NCBI RefSeq assembly: GCF_036321535.1
Contig: NC_087436.1
Location: 77,006,001-77,070,000 of the forward strand
DNA: 64,000 nt
Direction: 5' to 3'
Origin: Camelus dromedarius
Taxonomy: Eukaryota
The notes under the pieces were generated by a model that was not told the DNA's origin, ran no database searches, and was given only the letters and a program-made list of their open reading frames with translations. The stretch's first letter is position 1. Each line of letters starts with the position of its first letter. Positions 1-11,800 of this stretch are shown piece after piece. The position numbers were made by a program, and so were the translations under genes.

Positions 1-135
1 GGAGGGAAGGTAATTAGGTTTTTCTTTATTTTATTTTATTTTTTTTTTAGGGGATGGTACTGGGGGTTGAACCCAGGACCTTGTGCACGCTAAGCACGCA
101 CTCCACCCATCAGTAAGCTATCCCCTACCCCCTCC
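1..135 (-). mobile_element. tRNA-derived SINE (camelid Vic-1-like)
   Basis: The reverse complement reads tagct..tgg (A box), then gtgcgtgcttagcgtgcacaaggtcctgggttcaacccccagtacc (B box), then an A-rich tail. Three related copies occur in the window. Confidence 0.8.
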
Positions 136-3099
136 AAGAAAAGTCTTGATGGTGGCATGCTGTAGACTCTTCAATTCCTCCTTTAGGGAGCATACAGGAG
201 CTTCAGAGCTAGGGCAGATAGCAGAGTGGCTTGCATAAGGTAAATCCTTCTCTTTATAAAAATCTGTGAACATACATTAGTTGCTAAGGATCCTCTCGCT
301 GCTCTGATCAGAGCCGGCTACTACTGGAATGAGAAGCAGAGGGTGGTATGGACCAATGATGAGGACATAGGTCAGAAGTCACGGACTTTATCAACATGAT
401 TTCATATTATATATTTATGATTACAATATGCAACGTAAGTTATAACTGTTAGGTCCCTCTGCTCAACTTTTAGCCATTTTTGTATATGTTTACAAGGGAG
501 CTGAGGGTGGTGGCATGTGGGTAATTCAATTTTGTTACATACTGTGATTATTGAACACTTTCATACTGTGATTGCTGAAAGAATGGTCCAGGATTTTTCA
601 ACTATTTTGCAATTAAAAAAAAATATTGAAAGGAAAAAAAAGGCTGGTTCACCAATAATTCTTCTAGAGGCCCCAGGAATGGATGCTTTTTGGCTTTTTT
701 TTTTTTTAACAGCTTTTGGTTAAGCTGAAAAACTTTTTAGATTTCTTAGAAAGTTTCTGATGTTAGAAAATTTATACAAAGAGTATTTCTCTAGAATATG
801 GTGCCTGAACTTTTCGTGGGAAAAAACTAAACTGAAGCAAAACATCCACTTGGTCTTGCTGAAGATATCTTTCCAGTGCTGTGTACTCCCTGCCAACCGT
901 TCCATCTCCCCAGTTTTGGGGCTCCTACCCCTTTAACAATGAAGAAAAATAAGCATCTTATTATGGGGGAAAAAGAAAACTTAGCCTGTGTGGACAAGCT
1001 CTCAGATTCAGCCTGAGAAATTAACTTTGATCAAATTACTTTCTGAACAAATGGTCTTTGCTGGAGCTGGTGAAAGGATGCAGCCCATGTGGCCTCGGTT
1101 TCAGCAGTTTCCTATCTGTTTATCCCTGGACCAGGCTTGATCTCACTTCTGTTCTCTTCCCCCTGCCTCATTTGGCACAAGAGGGATGTCCTACAAGAGG
1201 ACACTGTGCTTCCTTTCTCTCATCCTCTGCCCTCATTTTTCTTGAATGAGTGCCCGTTTGCTTATGGCCTGTCTCGCTGGATACCAACCAAGCATGCAGA
1301 ATGCTAGAGCTGTTCCAATAGCAGCAACTCAAATTCACCCTCTTTTTCTCTTAGATGAGAAAAGTCTCTGATATCTCACCCTTCTTGCCACCCGACCCAC
1401 TTCTCATGGAGAATTAAGACTGGAAGTACCACACCTCTCTACCTTATGCTCAGAACGACCTCTCTAGACATTATTAGCTCCAGACTGTGCCAGGAGCAGA
1501 AATCATCACAAATGGCAAAGTGGGCTCTGTTGGAGGCAAGGGACAGTGGCATGATCACAAACCATGACTTTTGTGCTCACCTGTCACCAGCACAAGGCAC
1601 TGCATCCTCCATCTTCCATGGCTGGCCCTAAATAAGATAAGGGGCTTCTAGTGCTATCTATTTCCTCCAGGCTTGGCTTCTCACCAGGCAAGTTGGCAGC
1701 AGCTACAGGAACTAATAGCCTGTGGCTAGAGGAGTACTGAGCAGGCTGAGAAGGGTGGGAAGGGCTGCTGTGCTGGAAGGAAGCGGAGACTAGGGGCGCA
1801 CAGGCGGGGTGCTGATGAGTGATTAAGCACTCTGCAGGTCCGGAGGTTAGATCTCCTCCTTCTTCTCAAGGGTCTGTTACTTCTCTTTGAGGAGGCAGCT
1901 GTTTTGAAATGGCCACAGGCAGCTGCTCTCCTCTATATCTGTGGAGAGAAAAAGCAAAGCAGCCTTTGCTGGTAGAAAGAGGTCTTTTGTGAATTGACTC
2001 AATGAAATCAGTTACTTTTTCTCAGAAAGCTCATCTCTAGTGCTTTTCAACTAACCTGGTGACTATTTCTGCTTTAGCTTCTGGTACATCCATTCACTGT
2101 GTCCCAAAGTGCTACAGGCCCCCAGTTTTCTCAGTACACAATATCCAATTGAAGGAAATAGAGGGTCCTGGCAAGAATGTGGACTGACCTCTCCCCCTCC
2201 CCAAGAGGGTCAGTTCATTACTCCTCCCATAATGCAACTGTGCCTCCATTAAAAAACCTATGGAACTAGAAGGCACTGTGGGGGTCACCAGGGTCCTGAT
2301 TAGCCAAAAGTAGTGCTGCTGTCTGGATACAGCCTCTAAGTGTATGGAAGGGCGGCAGGAATGGACAGGGAGGGCTAGGTTCAAGCCCTTCACTTAGGAA
2401 ACATTTCTGAAATCCTCTGGCCTTTTGTCTGCCTGGATCAAGCAAAGAAAACCAGTCTTTGCCTTGCATTATAACAAACCTAAGACCAGACAAACCTCAT
2501 AGAGTGTGGGTACCTCTAGCAGTGGAGATGTGGAGAAACTAACCTGTGTGAGGTCCGCGGGCACCCTGGCAGCCTCAATTGTGGGTTGGAGAGCCTTCCA
2601 GGACTCTGGCTTGCCTGCCAAAGGTTGCTCACCCTATCCCACTATCTCCCTCTTGTCCTTCCTCCATCCCAGCATGATGCACTGTAGGAAGGACCAGGCT
2701 TTGGCCTCTGGTCTCAGCAAACTCTGACTTCTGCTTACAACCAGAGGAAGGTTGTAAATAGTAAGCTGGTTCCTGGGATGAGGGAAGCTTGGGCACTGAC
2801 TTCTTTGCCCTGACCTCTTTTTCCTAGACTTTTGAGTGCCCAGTGACTGAGGATACTAGTCATTATATCTTGCTTTGAATCGACTCTTTTTGCTAATGAC
2901 TGGATCACAGCTACAGCTACAAAAGACTTAAGAGAAATTCAACGTCTGATTTCTCACACTGAACTATGGGAGTCCTGGGAAGAAAGCTCAGGTGCTGGGA
3001 CTAGGAAAGGTGAGCCTGAGGAGGTGGGGCTACTGAACGTGAGGCGGAGGGCTTGAGAAGCTAAGGAAGGTTAACCCGAAGGGCTGCTGACCAGATCTG

Positions 3100-3670
3100 G
3101 CACCTAGTTGATTGGTGAAACCCATTCATCTGTTGGTTAGTTTTTTGGTGCTCCATCCGGTTGCTATGAGTGGAAGCTCGCCTTGGAGGATCGTTTGCTT
3201 TATCTCTGGAGGTAGCCAGGAGCATGCACCGTCTCCGCAACCTTGCTTCCGCGTCTGGGAGAGCGCGGGGGTTTTGACCAGCACCGCGCACCGGCCCCGG
3301 GCACGCGTCCTCCTAACCCTGGCGACCTTCACTAGGCTCTTTAGCCTGTGAATGGGCCTGGGGAACGTCTCCAGCCAGAGGGCTTCTGATGATCTGGAAA
3401 GTAACCAGAGAAAATCTGGTACACGCTTGCACTCACCCTCTTTAGAGTGGAGTCTATGGGAATAGAACTTGAGTAGCCGAGACGGTGAAATGAGAATTTT
3501 TCCGACAGCAGATTTACTGTGGGCAGAGGCTCAGCGGATCTGCTGCGCCGTGGGTTAGGCAGGGCGCGGGCCAGGGAGGGCGCAGCCGGGAGCGCAGGGC
3601 GACTGGTTCCTCTCTCCGCCAAGTTGCGGAGGGAGGGGCTAGGCTGTCCAGCTCTCGGGACAGGCGCAGT
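3100..3670. promoter_or_regulatory. CpG-rich region about 2.5-3 kb upstream of the FGF5 promoter (candidate enhancer or minor CpG island)
   Basis: Dense CpG/GC runs (gagcgcgggg, gcaccgcgcaccggccccgg, agggcgcggg) against a CpG-depleted background. Confidence 0.55.
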
Positions 3671-6111
3671 GCTGCTCTCTTTTACTGTTCAGTGTTTGGA
3701 GGTCTTTAAAAATTTTTTTTTGGTAATGACCCCAATACATGTTCAACTCTCTTGTTACAGGTTTTTAAAAGTTTAGTGGCATCCACCCTACTTGCTCATG
3801 CACACCAGATCAATTTGGTTTTAAGCGCGCACTTATTTTAAGCCCCCGAGCATCCACGAGAGTTAAGAAACCTAGGATCTGTGGTTTGCTAAACCCAGTC
3901 ACAAGAGCTGGTCACTTCTCTCTGCTTGGAGAACGCTCGGCTTTTCCTAAAGTCTCACCCTTGCACCCAAGAGAGGTCGGAGTGCACCTCGACACCCTCC
4001 AGGTTGAGGTGAGCTAAAACCTGAGCAAGTGGTTTGGCCTTCCTAAGTCATCCTTAGACAAAAGTTTAATCCCCAGCTGGAATCTTGTAGAGAACGAGAA
4101 GGATACAAGAATGATTGTTTCACTGGGAGTGGTGCTTGAGAAGCTGAAAGAAAGCAGAAAAGGCAGAATGTCAGTTTCAGAGGCTCTGCCTGAGTGGTTT
4201 TGGCCTCCAGAGTTTGGGAAGGAGGCTGATAGTGCGTCTAAGGTTAGTCAGTCTCCTGCCCTTTCAGCAGACTCCTAGGGAAGAGAAGGGAGGAGATGCA
4301 AGCTGGATTTGCTTTGGAAAATCTTTGCCACTTGAGGCATGGGTGGTATACTGTGTGACATGCAGGGGAACTTACTGATGGTATCCAGCAGCACCAACAG
4401 GTCTTAAACCCTGACAGCTTTGTCACAGAATCAAGGGTATCACCTGCAGAAGGCACAGTGCCCAGGCCCAGCATCCCACAATCATTCATCCTGGAAAGGG
4501 GCAATGTCAGTCAAGTGGACCGTTTTCAGAGGCAACCTGTCTGTTCTCAATGTCCACTCTCAAGATTGCCTTGTCAGCATCTATCTACCCCACGGTAATT
4601 AAGCCAGAATCATAGAGCTTGAGTTTAGCACAGTGGAAACAGAAGGAGGTGTTTAGCCCAGAAAAACATCCTACACAGTGTGTTGGGAGCACTGTGCCCA
4701 GGCTATGCACATCTATGTGTGACGTGCCCTTCCTTCCCCCTAGTGGCTTCGCTAATTTGTCCAGGTAACGTTCTGTTTAAAGCTGCCTTGATGTAGCCAC
4801 GAAAGATTTCCAATCCTGAAAAATCTATATGTGTTTTATATGCTTTTCATTATTGAGATAGGAATCCTTAAGTGGGTACTCAGTAATGGATAAAGCCACA
4901 ACTTAGCATCAACCTTGGCTTATGTGAATCGACTTCATCAGTCAAAATCACAGCCTTTTCATTAAAGTAACCAATGAATAGTGTATCAGAGTGTAGCTTA
5001 AAGCTTCAGATATATTTTCAGACAGAAATATTTCAAGAATGTAAGCCAGGTATATTTCTCAGATAAATGACAGTAGGGGCATGGCATACATGGAAATTCC
5101 CGGTTCTCAGGTTTCCTGAAATCCAGTGTGAGCATCATTAATCATTCATTGGGGTCGGCCCTTCAGTCAATGGCAGCTCTGAGTAAGCTGAAGCGAGCCG
5201 TTAGCTAATCCTTCCTGCCAAGGGGATCCTGGGGCGAGAGAGGACAACTGGACAGTTAGTCACATGTGCTGGGTGCTCAGACCCTGCCTATCTTGCTCAG
5301 CTCTCAGTGTGATGTGCGTGTGCGCTTACCCTCTCAGACACAGACCGAGAGCTTCCCAGAAGCAAAAACAAATTCAGCAGCATCGTGTTTAGCGTGACCA
5401 AGAGTTTACAACAGGAAAACAGCTCAAGCTCAGGCGTAATGGCTTAGGGTGGCTCTCTAAACGCTGAGTAAATGCATTCATTAGCTCTTTAGGAAATCAG
5501 TAGTAACAACAGCGAAAACAGCCCCCTCCTCCCCCGCGCCACACCAAACCCTTCCCAAGTTGGGCTGGGAATACTTGTTTGGCTCTTGGTCGCAAGCACT
5601 AGCAGCGTTGGGATCCCCGGCGGGAGCAGTTCCCGAGGGATTCCCGGGACAAGTGTTGTGATAGTCTGGTCCTCCCAGCAAAGGGAAGGGAACCTGGAAG
5701 CTGGATCCTAGGTAGACGAGAGTGCCTTGCTGGGACGCAAGCGTGCGGCAGAGGTGGGAAAGGACAAGATTCACTCCCGCGTCTCAACCTCCCGTTCCCG
5801 TCGCGGCCCCGGGAGGACACAGTGCTCGCGCGGAGCTGAATTCCGCGCAGCGTTGGCTCGAGTGGAGGATGGCCGTGTGGCGCGTGAGAACTGCTGGGGT
5901 GCGTGGCCCGGGTGTGCGCGCGCCCAGCGGCGGGGTGCAGCTTCTCTCCGCCCGGCTTCTCCTCCCACTCGCCCTCTCCCATCTCCTCCCTCCTCCACAC
6001 CCCCGCCCCCGGGACGGCGAGGCTCCCTCCCCGCACCGGCCGGAGAGTACACAAAGCGGCGGGTGAGGGGAAGCTTCGCAGGCGTGCACGGAGCAGTGAG
6101 ATCACTGGCGT

Positions 6112-6117
6112 TATAAA
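6112..6117 (+). promoter_or_regulatory. FGF5: TATA box (TATAAA)
   Basis: Canonical TATAAA inside the GC-rich island, about 195 nt upstream of the main ATG and downstream of a GC box. Confidence 0.75.
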
Positions 6118-6195
6118 TATCCCAGTGCCAGCGCCGAGATCCGTTCGGGTGGCCTCCCTCTCTCTACCCCCTCTCCCTGTCTCTTTCCCAAGGCT

Positions 6196-6312
6196 ATGTC
6201 CACTCGGTGCGGCGAGGGGGGCAGCGCCAGAGGTACGCAGCCGAGCGGGGGCTGCGGAGCCCAGAACCAGCCCTACAAGATGCACTTAGGACCCCCGCGG
6301 CTGGAAGAATGA
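6196..6312 (+). CDS. FGF5 upstream ORF, 38 aa ([38 protein letters not shown]), stop overlapping the FGF5 ATG
   Basis: ATG at 6196 and a second in-frame ATG at 6280. TGA 6310-6312 overlaps ATG 6309-6311. An overlapping upstream ORF is known in human FGF5 mRNA. Confidence 0.75.
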   Translation: MSTRCGEGGSARGTQPSGGCGAQNQPYKMHLGPPRLEE

Positions 6313-6669
6313 GCTTGTCCTTCCTCCTCCTCCTCTTGCTCAGCCACCTGATCCTCAGCGCCTGGGCTCGCGGGGAGAAGCGCCTCGTCCCCAAAGGGCA
6401 ACCCGGACAGGCTGCCACTGCTAGGAACCCGGGAGGCGCCAGCAGCAGCTGGAGCAGCAAAAGCACGACGTCTTCCTCTTCTTCCTCTGCCTCCTCCTCC
6501 CCCGCGGCTTCTCTGGGAAGCCAAGGAAGCGGCTTGGAGCAGACCAGTTTCCAGTGGAGCCCCTCGGGGCGCCGGACCGGCAGCCTCTACTGCAGAGTGG
6601 GCATCGGTTTCCATCTGCAGATCTACCCGGATGGCAAAGTCAATGGCTCCCACGAAGCCAATATGTTAA
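6309..6669 (+). CDS. FGF5: Fibroblast growth factor 5, coding exon 1 (signal peptide, Ser-rich tract, start of FGF core, N112 NGS sequon)
   Basis: Translates to [20 protein letters not shown]...[37 protein letters not shown]. Donor A|gtaagt at 6669/6670; 361 nt, phase 1. Confidence 0.98.
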
Positions 6670-7639
6670 GTAAGTTGCTTGCTCTCCTACAAAACCCGTC
6701 CTAAGCGGGCGGCAGGAGATTCGGGAGGGACAGCGGATTATTCCCTGGGCCACAGGCGCACCTTTCCGAGCCTCGGCCACTGGGATCCAGCCGGCCCTGG
6801 AAACGGCGGGGCAGGTTGGGTGGAGATCCGTCTACACGGCGCGCACACGCTTACCCCTCTTGTGATTATGAGGAATGGAGATTCCTGAGGTGTAGGCTAT
6901 CCGGAGGCTGGTACAGACAGGCACCTTGCTTCCAGTTTGCCCTGGTCCCAAAGAGGAGCTCCAGCCTGTGCCTGGAGAAAAAATACGAATTTTCTTTCTC
7001 CTCTTCTAGTTTCTGTTTACTTTCTGCTTCTGTTTACCAGAATAGTATTTTACACTGAGCATCAATGTGCACCTCCTTTCCCTGCCCATAAATAATAGTT
7101 TTTTTTAAGAATAATCAAACCTCGCATACTCCCCTCCCCACAACCACTATCATAAATCCCAAATTAATATTATATATAATAGATATACTTGTATATCTAT
7201 TATAAATATGTACATATTTGCATATTTATATTATATATGTGTGTATTACATGGGAGACAAGACATACCTTGCTTCGAAGAAGACAGTGATCTAGAAAACT
7301 GGACACGTTTAGAGGGGAGGACGTGATGGACATTCGAATTATGAATTCAGGAGTTGGGTTTAACAATGTTTAATATCTTGAGACCATGACCAGACCTTGT
7401 GAGAAAGAGTGGCCGGCCTTTGGTCCCCAAGGACAACTTTATTTTAGAAGAAACTCAGAGGCGATTCAATTTTGTACAGATGAAAATTTTGTAGGTTTTT
7501 TAAAGCCAAGTTTAAAATTTTCTGAGTTTTCTCTTTAGCTCCCTCTTTTTCCCTCCTTCCTCATCTCCTCTTCCTTTCTACCCCATCTGAGTTTCCACAC
7601 CACTCTGATTCCTCTCACTGCCTCCCTAGGCTGCAAAGA

Positions 7640-8150
7640 GGAGAGATGATTTGGGGTTGTGTGCGGGACTGGGGGTATCTCTGCGGGCCTTTTCCTCCTT
7701 AGAGCCGGATTGCTCTTCCAGCCGGGGTTAGTCTAGCAGATAGAAGCACAGTCGGAGCCTCTGAGAGACTCGGGAGAGCGGAAACGTGGCCAGAAAACAG
7801 CGTCGCGCAGGGTCTCCTGGCTCCCATAGTGTCAGCCTGGTGGATCCCAGGTGTGCTTAACTTTATCCGTCTTTTAAACCGATGACCCTACGGTCAATTG
7901 CGTGTCTTCTTTCCCAAGCTCCGGAGGAGCGCCGGCGCCACAGCGGAGCTGGCATCTGACACCCTCTCCGGTCGGGGGTCGGTGGGCCGGCGGCTGGTTG
8001 CCACCAGAAAGGGAGCGAGTCCACGCCCGTCTCCTGTCTCCGACTAGTCTTCCGGTCTCTGCCGCTCCAGCTGGCTATGTCGCATGTGGCGAGGTGACCT
8101 GGAGCACGGAACCCCAGAGAGGGTTTTCCACATCCCCTCACCGAATGCTA
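7640..8150. promoter_or_regulatory. Intron 1 CpG-rich region
   Basis: Second CpG cluster, separated from the main island by an AT-rich stretch. Confidence 0.55.
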
Positions 8151-8834
8151 GGGCCTTCCACACTCTCCTTAGGGGGGCTTGACTTTTATGTTTTAAGGTT
8201 CGTTGCACTCTTATTCAACAACTGACCGTCTTTGGTGGCAAAAGGCAAGGTCAATTAGGGCAAATGACAATTTCCCAAGATCTCAGGGTCGACAAGAGTT
8301 ATGTCTATTTCAGTGTTTCCATTGGCCTTCTCATTTTGGCCCACCCAACTCTTCCCTGCTCCAGACTTCAAATCTCATTCCCCACTTCTAGTAATCTTCC
8401 CCCTTTCTCCTTACAGGAACACTCTTTCTATTCTGTTCTTCTTGTAGTTTATCCAAGAAGGCAGCCTCAACAGAGGATAACTTCTGTGTTCCCAAGGGAA
8501 GATCCAGAGTTAGCCTGCAAGGGGCAGCAGGTTGGATCCCAGGGAGGGTAAAAGGATGTGTCTGGCATGTGTTTTGGTGTGCTACGGATCTCTGAAAACC
8601 AGACTTATTCCCAAGATACTCATCCTCTTCACTTGGAAGAAACCATGAGAGACAAGGACTTTTGCAGACAAGGCCTTGTGGAGGGAGTTGTAGAAAAATA
8701 TAGGAAAGAAAATGAGAACAATTCAACAAAGAATACATTCAGCTAAAGAAGACATTGGCCAGTATTTGTTAGTTCTAAGGCACATTTTATTTTAAAATCC
8801 ACTTTGAAAGGTATCTAACAAAGAACAGGCACAA

Positions 8835-8873
8835 AACACTGTTTTGTAACACTGTTTTGTAACACTGTTTTGT
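8835..8873. repeat. Perfect tandem repeat (AACACTGTTTTGT)x3
   Basis: Three identical 13-bp units read directly. Confidence 0.95.
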
Positions 8874-11800
8874 TTCATAAACAAAACTAAAGTGCCTAAA
8901 TAAAACTTTCTTGATTTAACTAACACTTTCCTAATTCATTCCAGTTTACAGCAGCCTTTCAGAGTTTAGTCTGTATCTTTCACATGGCTTGAGATCATTC
9001 ACTGACTCATTCATCCATTTATTCGTGTACCCAGCATAGGGTACCTAGCTCACCAAACTTGATATTTGGGTTACTTTGGGGTTCATTGAGGGATTTTTTT
9101 TTCCTTCTACAGGTTTTTCTCACTGAGGAGTAAAATTTACTTGTTTAAATCATGGTGATTTTCAGTTTTGTGATGTCTGAGTGTCTAACACTATTTCATA
9201 CGATTTTGCAACCATTGATCAATGGAGAACTTATGAAATATGTCATGTTAAAAGGACAACATGTAATTTGGAAGTTTAGAATGAATCTCTGTCTTTAAGA
9301 AGCTGTGAGAGAAAAACAGACCTGCCAATTGCAGTTGGTCATATACCTCTTTGAAGACAGCACTTGATGGTTCCCTGATTCATATGTAAACTAAGGCATT
9401 GTTTACAAACTGTTGGTTAGAGTGTGTGAGGAAACAATTGTCCAGGTCTCTCTAGAGACACTAAGAGAGTTTTGGGACCAAGAGGACCATAGAGGATACA
9501 TCAGAGTTTTACCTCGTCTTCTAATTCTACTGTCTGAGTTATCAATGATAAAAAACAAAAAAACATTATTCTGTCACAGCTTGCTACTTCAGAAAAGAGT
9601 CAAATTTTGCCATGAAGCTGAATTCTAATAGCTGCTTTTAAACTCAAAATTTTTCTGTGTTTGTCAGAACAGATAAATACATGTGTGTATAAATGTTTTA
9701 CAACCATCATTGGACACTAATTTTTGCAAACTGTGTATATCTTCTAGTTTCACCATCAGAAGTACACTGGCCATAGGTTTTTGAAATACAATAGTTCTCT
9801 TATACAATAGTTCTCCAAAGCTTTGAAGACAGAAAAAAGAATCAGTCTCATTGTACATAAACTCTTATTATGAGGAAGTACTGGGGAAGGATGAAGAAAG
9901 ATGGTCAAGACAGATGATAAAATCCTAGTACTGAATAGAAACATATTTTGCTTCAATTATTATGCTTTCAAGTTTAGTTTCAACACACTGCTCCTGTTGA
10001 CTTACCTTGAGCCACTGAAGAATAGGCAATAAAGTAGTTGTCAGTTTAGGGAGCAAAAGCTCAAAGCTATAGCTACACAAAGCTGAAGTGTTCACATAAA
10101 ATATGGAAATTCCAATCATGTATTTTGGCTAAGCCAAACCCTCAGTTTTACTCATTTAAAAAAATCTGAATTCACTATCAATTTTGATGTCATGTAGTAT
10201 CAACCTTTATATAGTCCCCAAAGACTAAATAAACCAGAAACTTTATCTACTATATAGAAAAACTCAAGCAGGATGTTCCTATGTTGCTAACGTAATCAGT
10301 GAAGACTGGATTATTAATTGGATTATTAAGACTCGGATTTGATAAAGATATGACGTATCTCCTGCTGTGTGAACGCAAGCAGAGAAACTTCATTTTTAAA
10401 TGATTTTTCTTTGAGGATTTTCAGACGAGCTGTTGAAAGCTTCTGAATACATGGAGTATCTGTCATTCTTATTCACTAAGAAAAGAGAAAAGGGAGAAGT
10501 TTACATAATTGGATCCACCACTGATAATAAAGTCTATTATATTAAAAATTCTAGAGGGGACTAAGTAAAAAAATCTAGATACTGATTTTCTTACTGGAAT
10601 AAGTTTACTTTGTAACACATGCCTATGCTTGTGAGTGAGTTGATTAAATAGTGTGTGTATAATCTGAGACACCAAGTTCTTGTATCTTTGAACCTAGATA
10701 TCAATCCCAAAATTCCTCCAAGAGCTAATAATCCCTTCAGTTAAGCACTGCTTTTTTCTTTTGATCCTCTTAAATGTGAACACCCTAGGAAAGAGAACAC
10801 TTTGTCACTTGCATTTTAACATGAATTAACTATACTGATCCTCTCCCCCTGCCCCACTCCTCAGCATTAGAGGGCCAAAATAGCAGGAGAGAATGAAGAC
10901 ATGTGTCCATACAGGTGTACATGTGGGGTGTCCTGAAAAGGAAGAGAGGTAGTGAGAAGGTCAAAGAAACAATCCAATTCAGCAAACAAATTTATTGACT
11001 ATCTATGATCTGTGTGACACACATGGCCATCTGCAGTTTTGTTTAGGGACACCATCTGGGCTCCCTTAATGTGAATTGCAAATTCCCATCATGTTTATTA
11101 TTACTGACTCCTAATAAGAGTGAGGAAATTACTGAAATTGAAAAAAAAAATCAGTTTTAGAGAAATGTTTTCTGGGATTTATATATATGTGTGATTTAAT
11201 GCACATTGGTTTAAAATGCTTTAAGGAGTTACTGAGATTTGGCATAGTAAAATCAACAGGCCTGTGATCTCTTGGTGAGGAGGCAGGAAGTTGAATTGTG
11301 AGGCTTGCAGAATATGCTCCAATATTCTAGAAAAAAAGACATTGTGAAATAACTTTGGGGGTTACTTTGGAGACTATGATCTTAACAGGGTGCCCAATAT
11401 TACAGCATAATTACCTTAAGATCTAGAAGATCATACCAAAGTTGCCTCTGTGAAAAAACTATTATTTCATCTAATCTCATCTTTTTTCTTTCCTGCATTC
11501 TTCATAATTTTAAATAGAATGATACATGTAAAAATACATTTTTAAGCTTTCAATTAAATAGAATTTTCTTAAAATTATAAAATTCTTTTATTTCCAGGCA
11601 TTGTAACATTTTTTATACTGGAACTTACAAGAAAAGAAGCCATGCGGTATGCAGTGAAATAACACTTTCACGTATATGATTTCATCTTGCCCATATTTAA
11701 AACTTATTACAGTGCAAATTTTACATAACATGTACATACAGAATGTATAGTGTGTTGGGAAACAAGCTGAGTCAAAAATAGGTCTTTCTTAAAAATAGAA

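Larger units (their letters stand above)
5580..6860. promoter_or_regulatory. FGF5: FGF5 promoter CpG island with GC box (ccccgccccc 6001-6010)
   Basis: Very high GC and CpG content spanning the promoter and exon 1. Confidence 0.9.

Noticed and set aside
300..660. Possible old DNA-transposon remnant
   Set aside because: I could not assign a family or boundaries by eye.
5481..6653. Many overlapping ORFs, including a 228-aa antisense ORF (5599-6285)
   Set aside because: Stop-poor CpG-island sequence giving low-complexity G/A/P/R-rich translations with no recognisable domain.
6207..6704. 165-aa ORF as the true FGF5 exon 1 boundaries
   Set aside because: The real start is ATG 6309, where the signal peptide begins, and the exon ends at the donor 6669. 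The remainder is leader and intron read-through.
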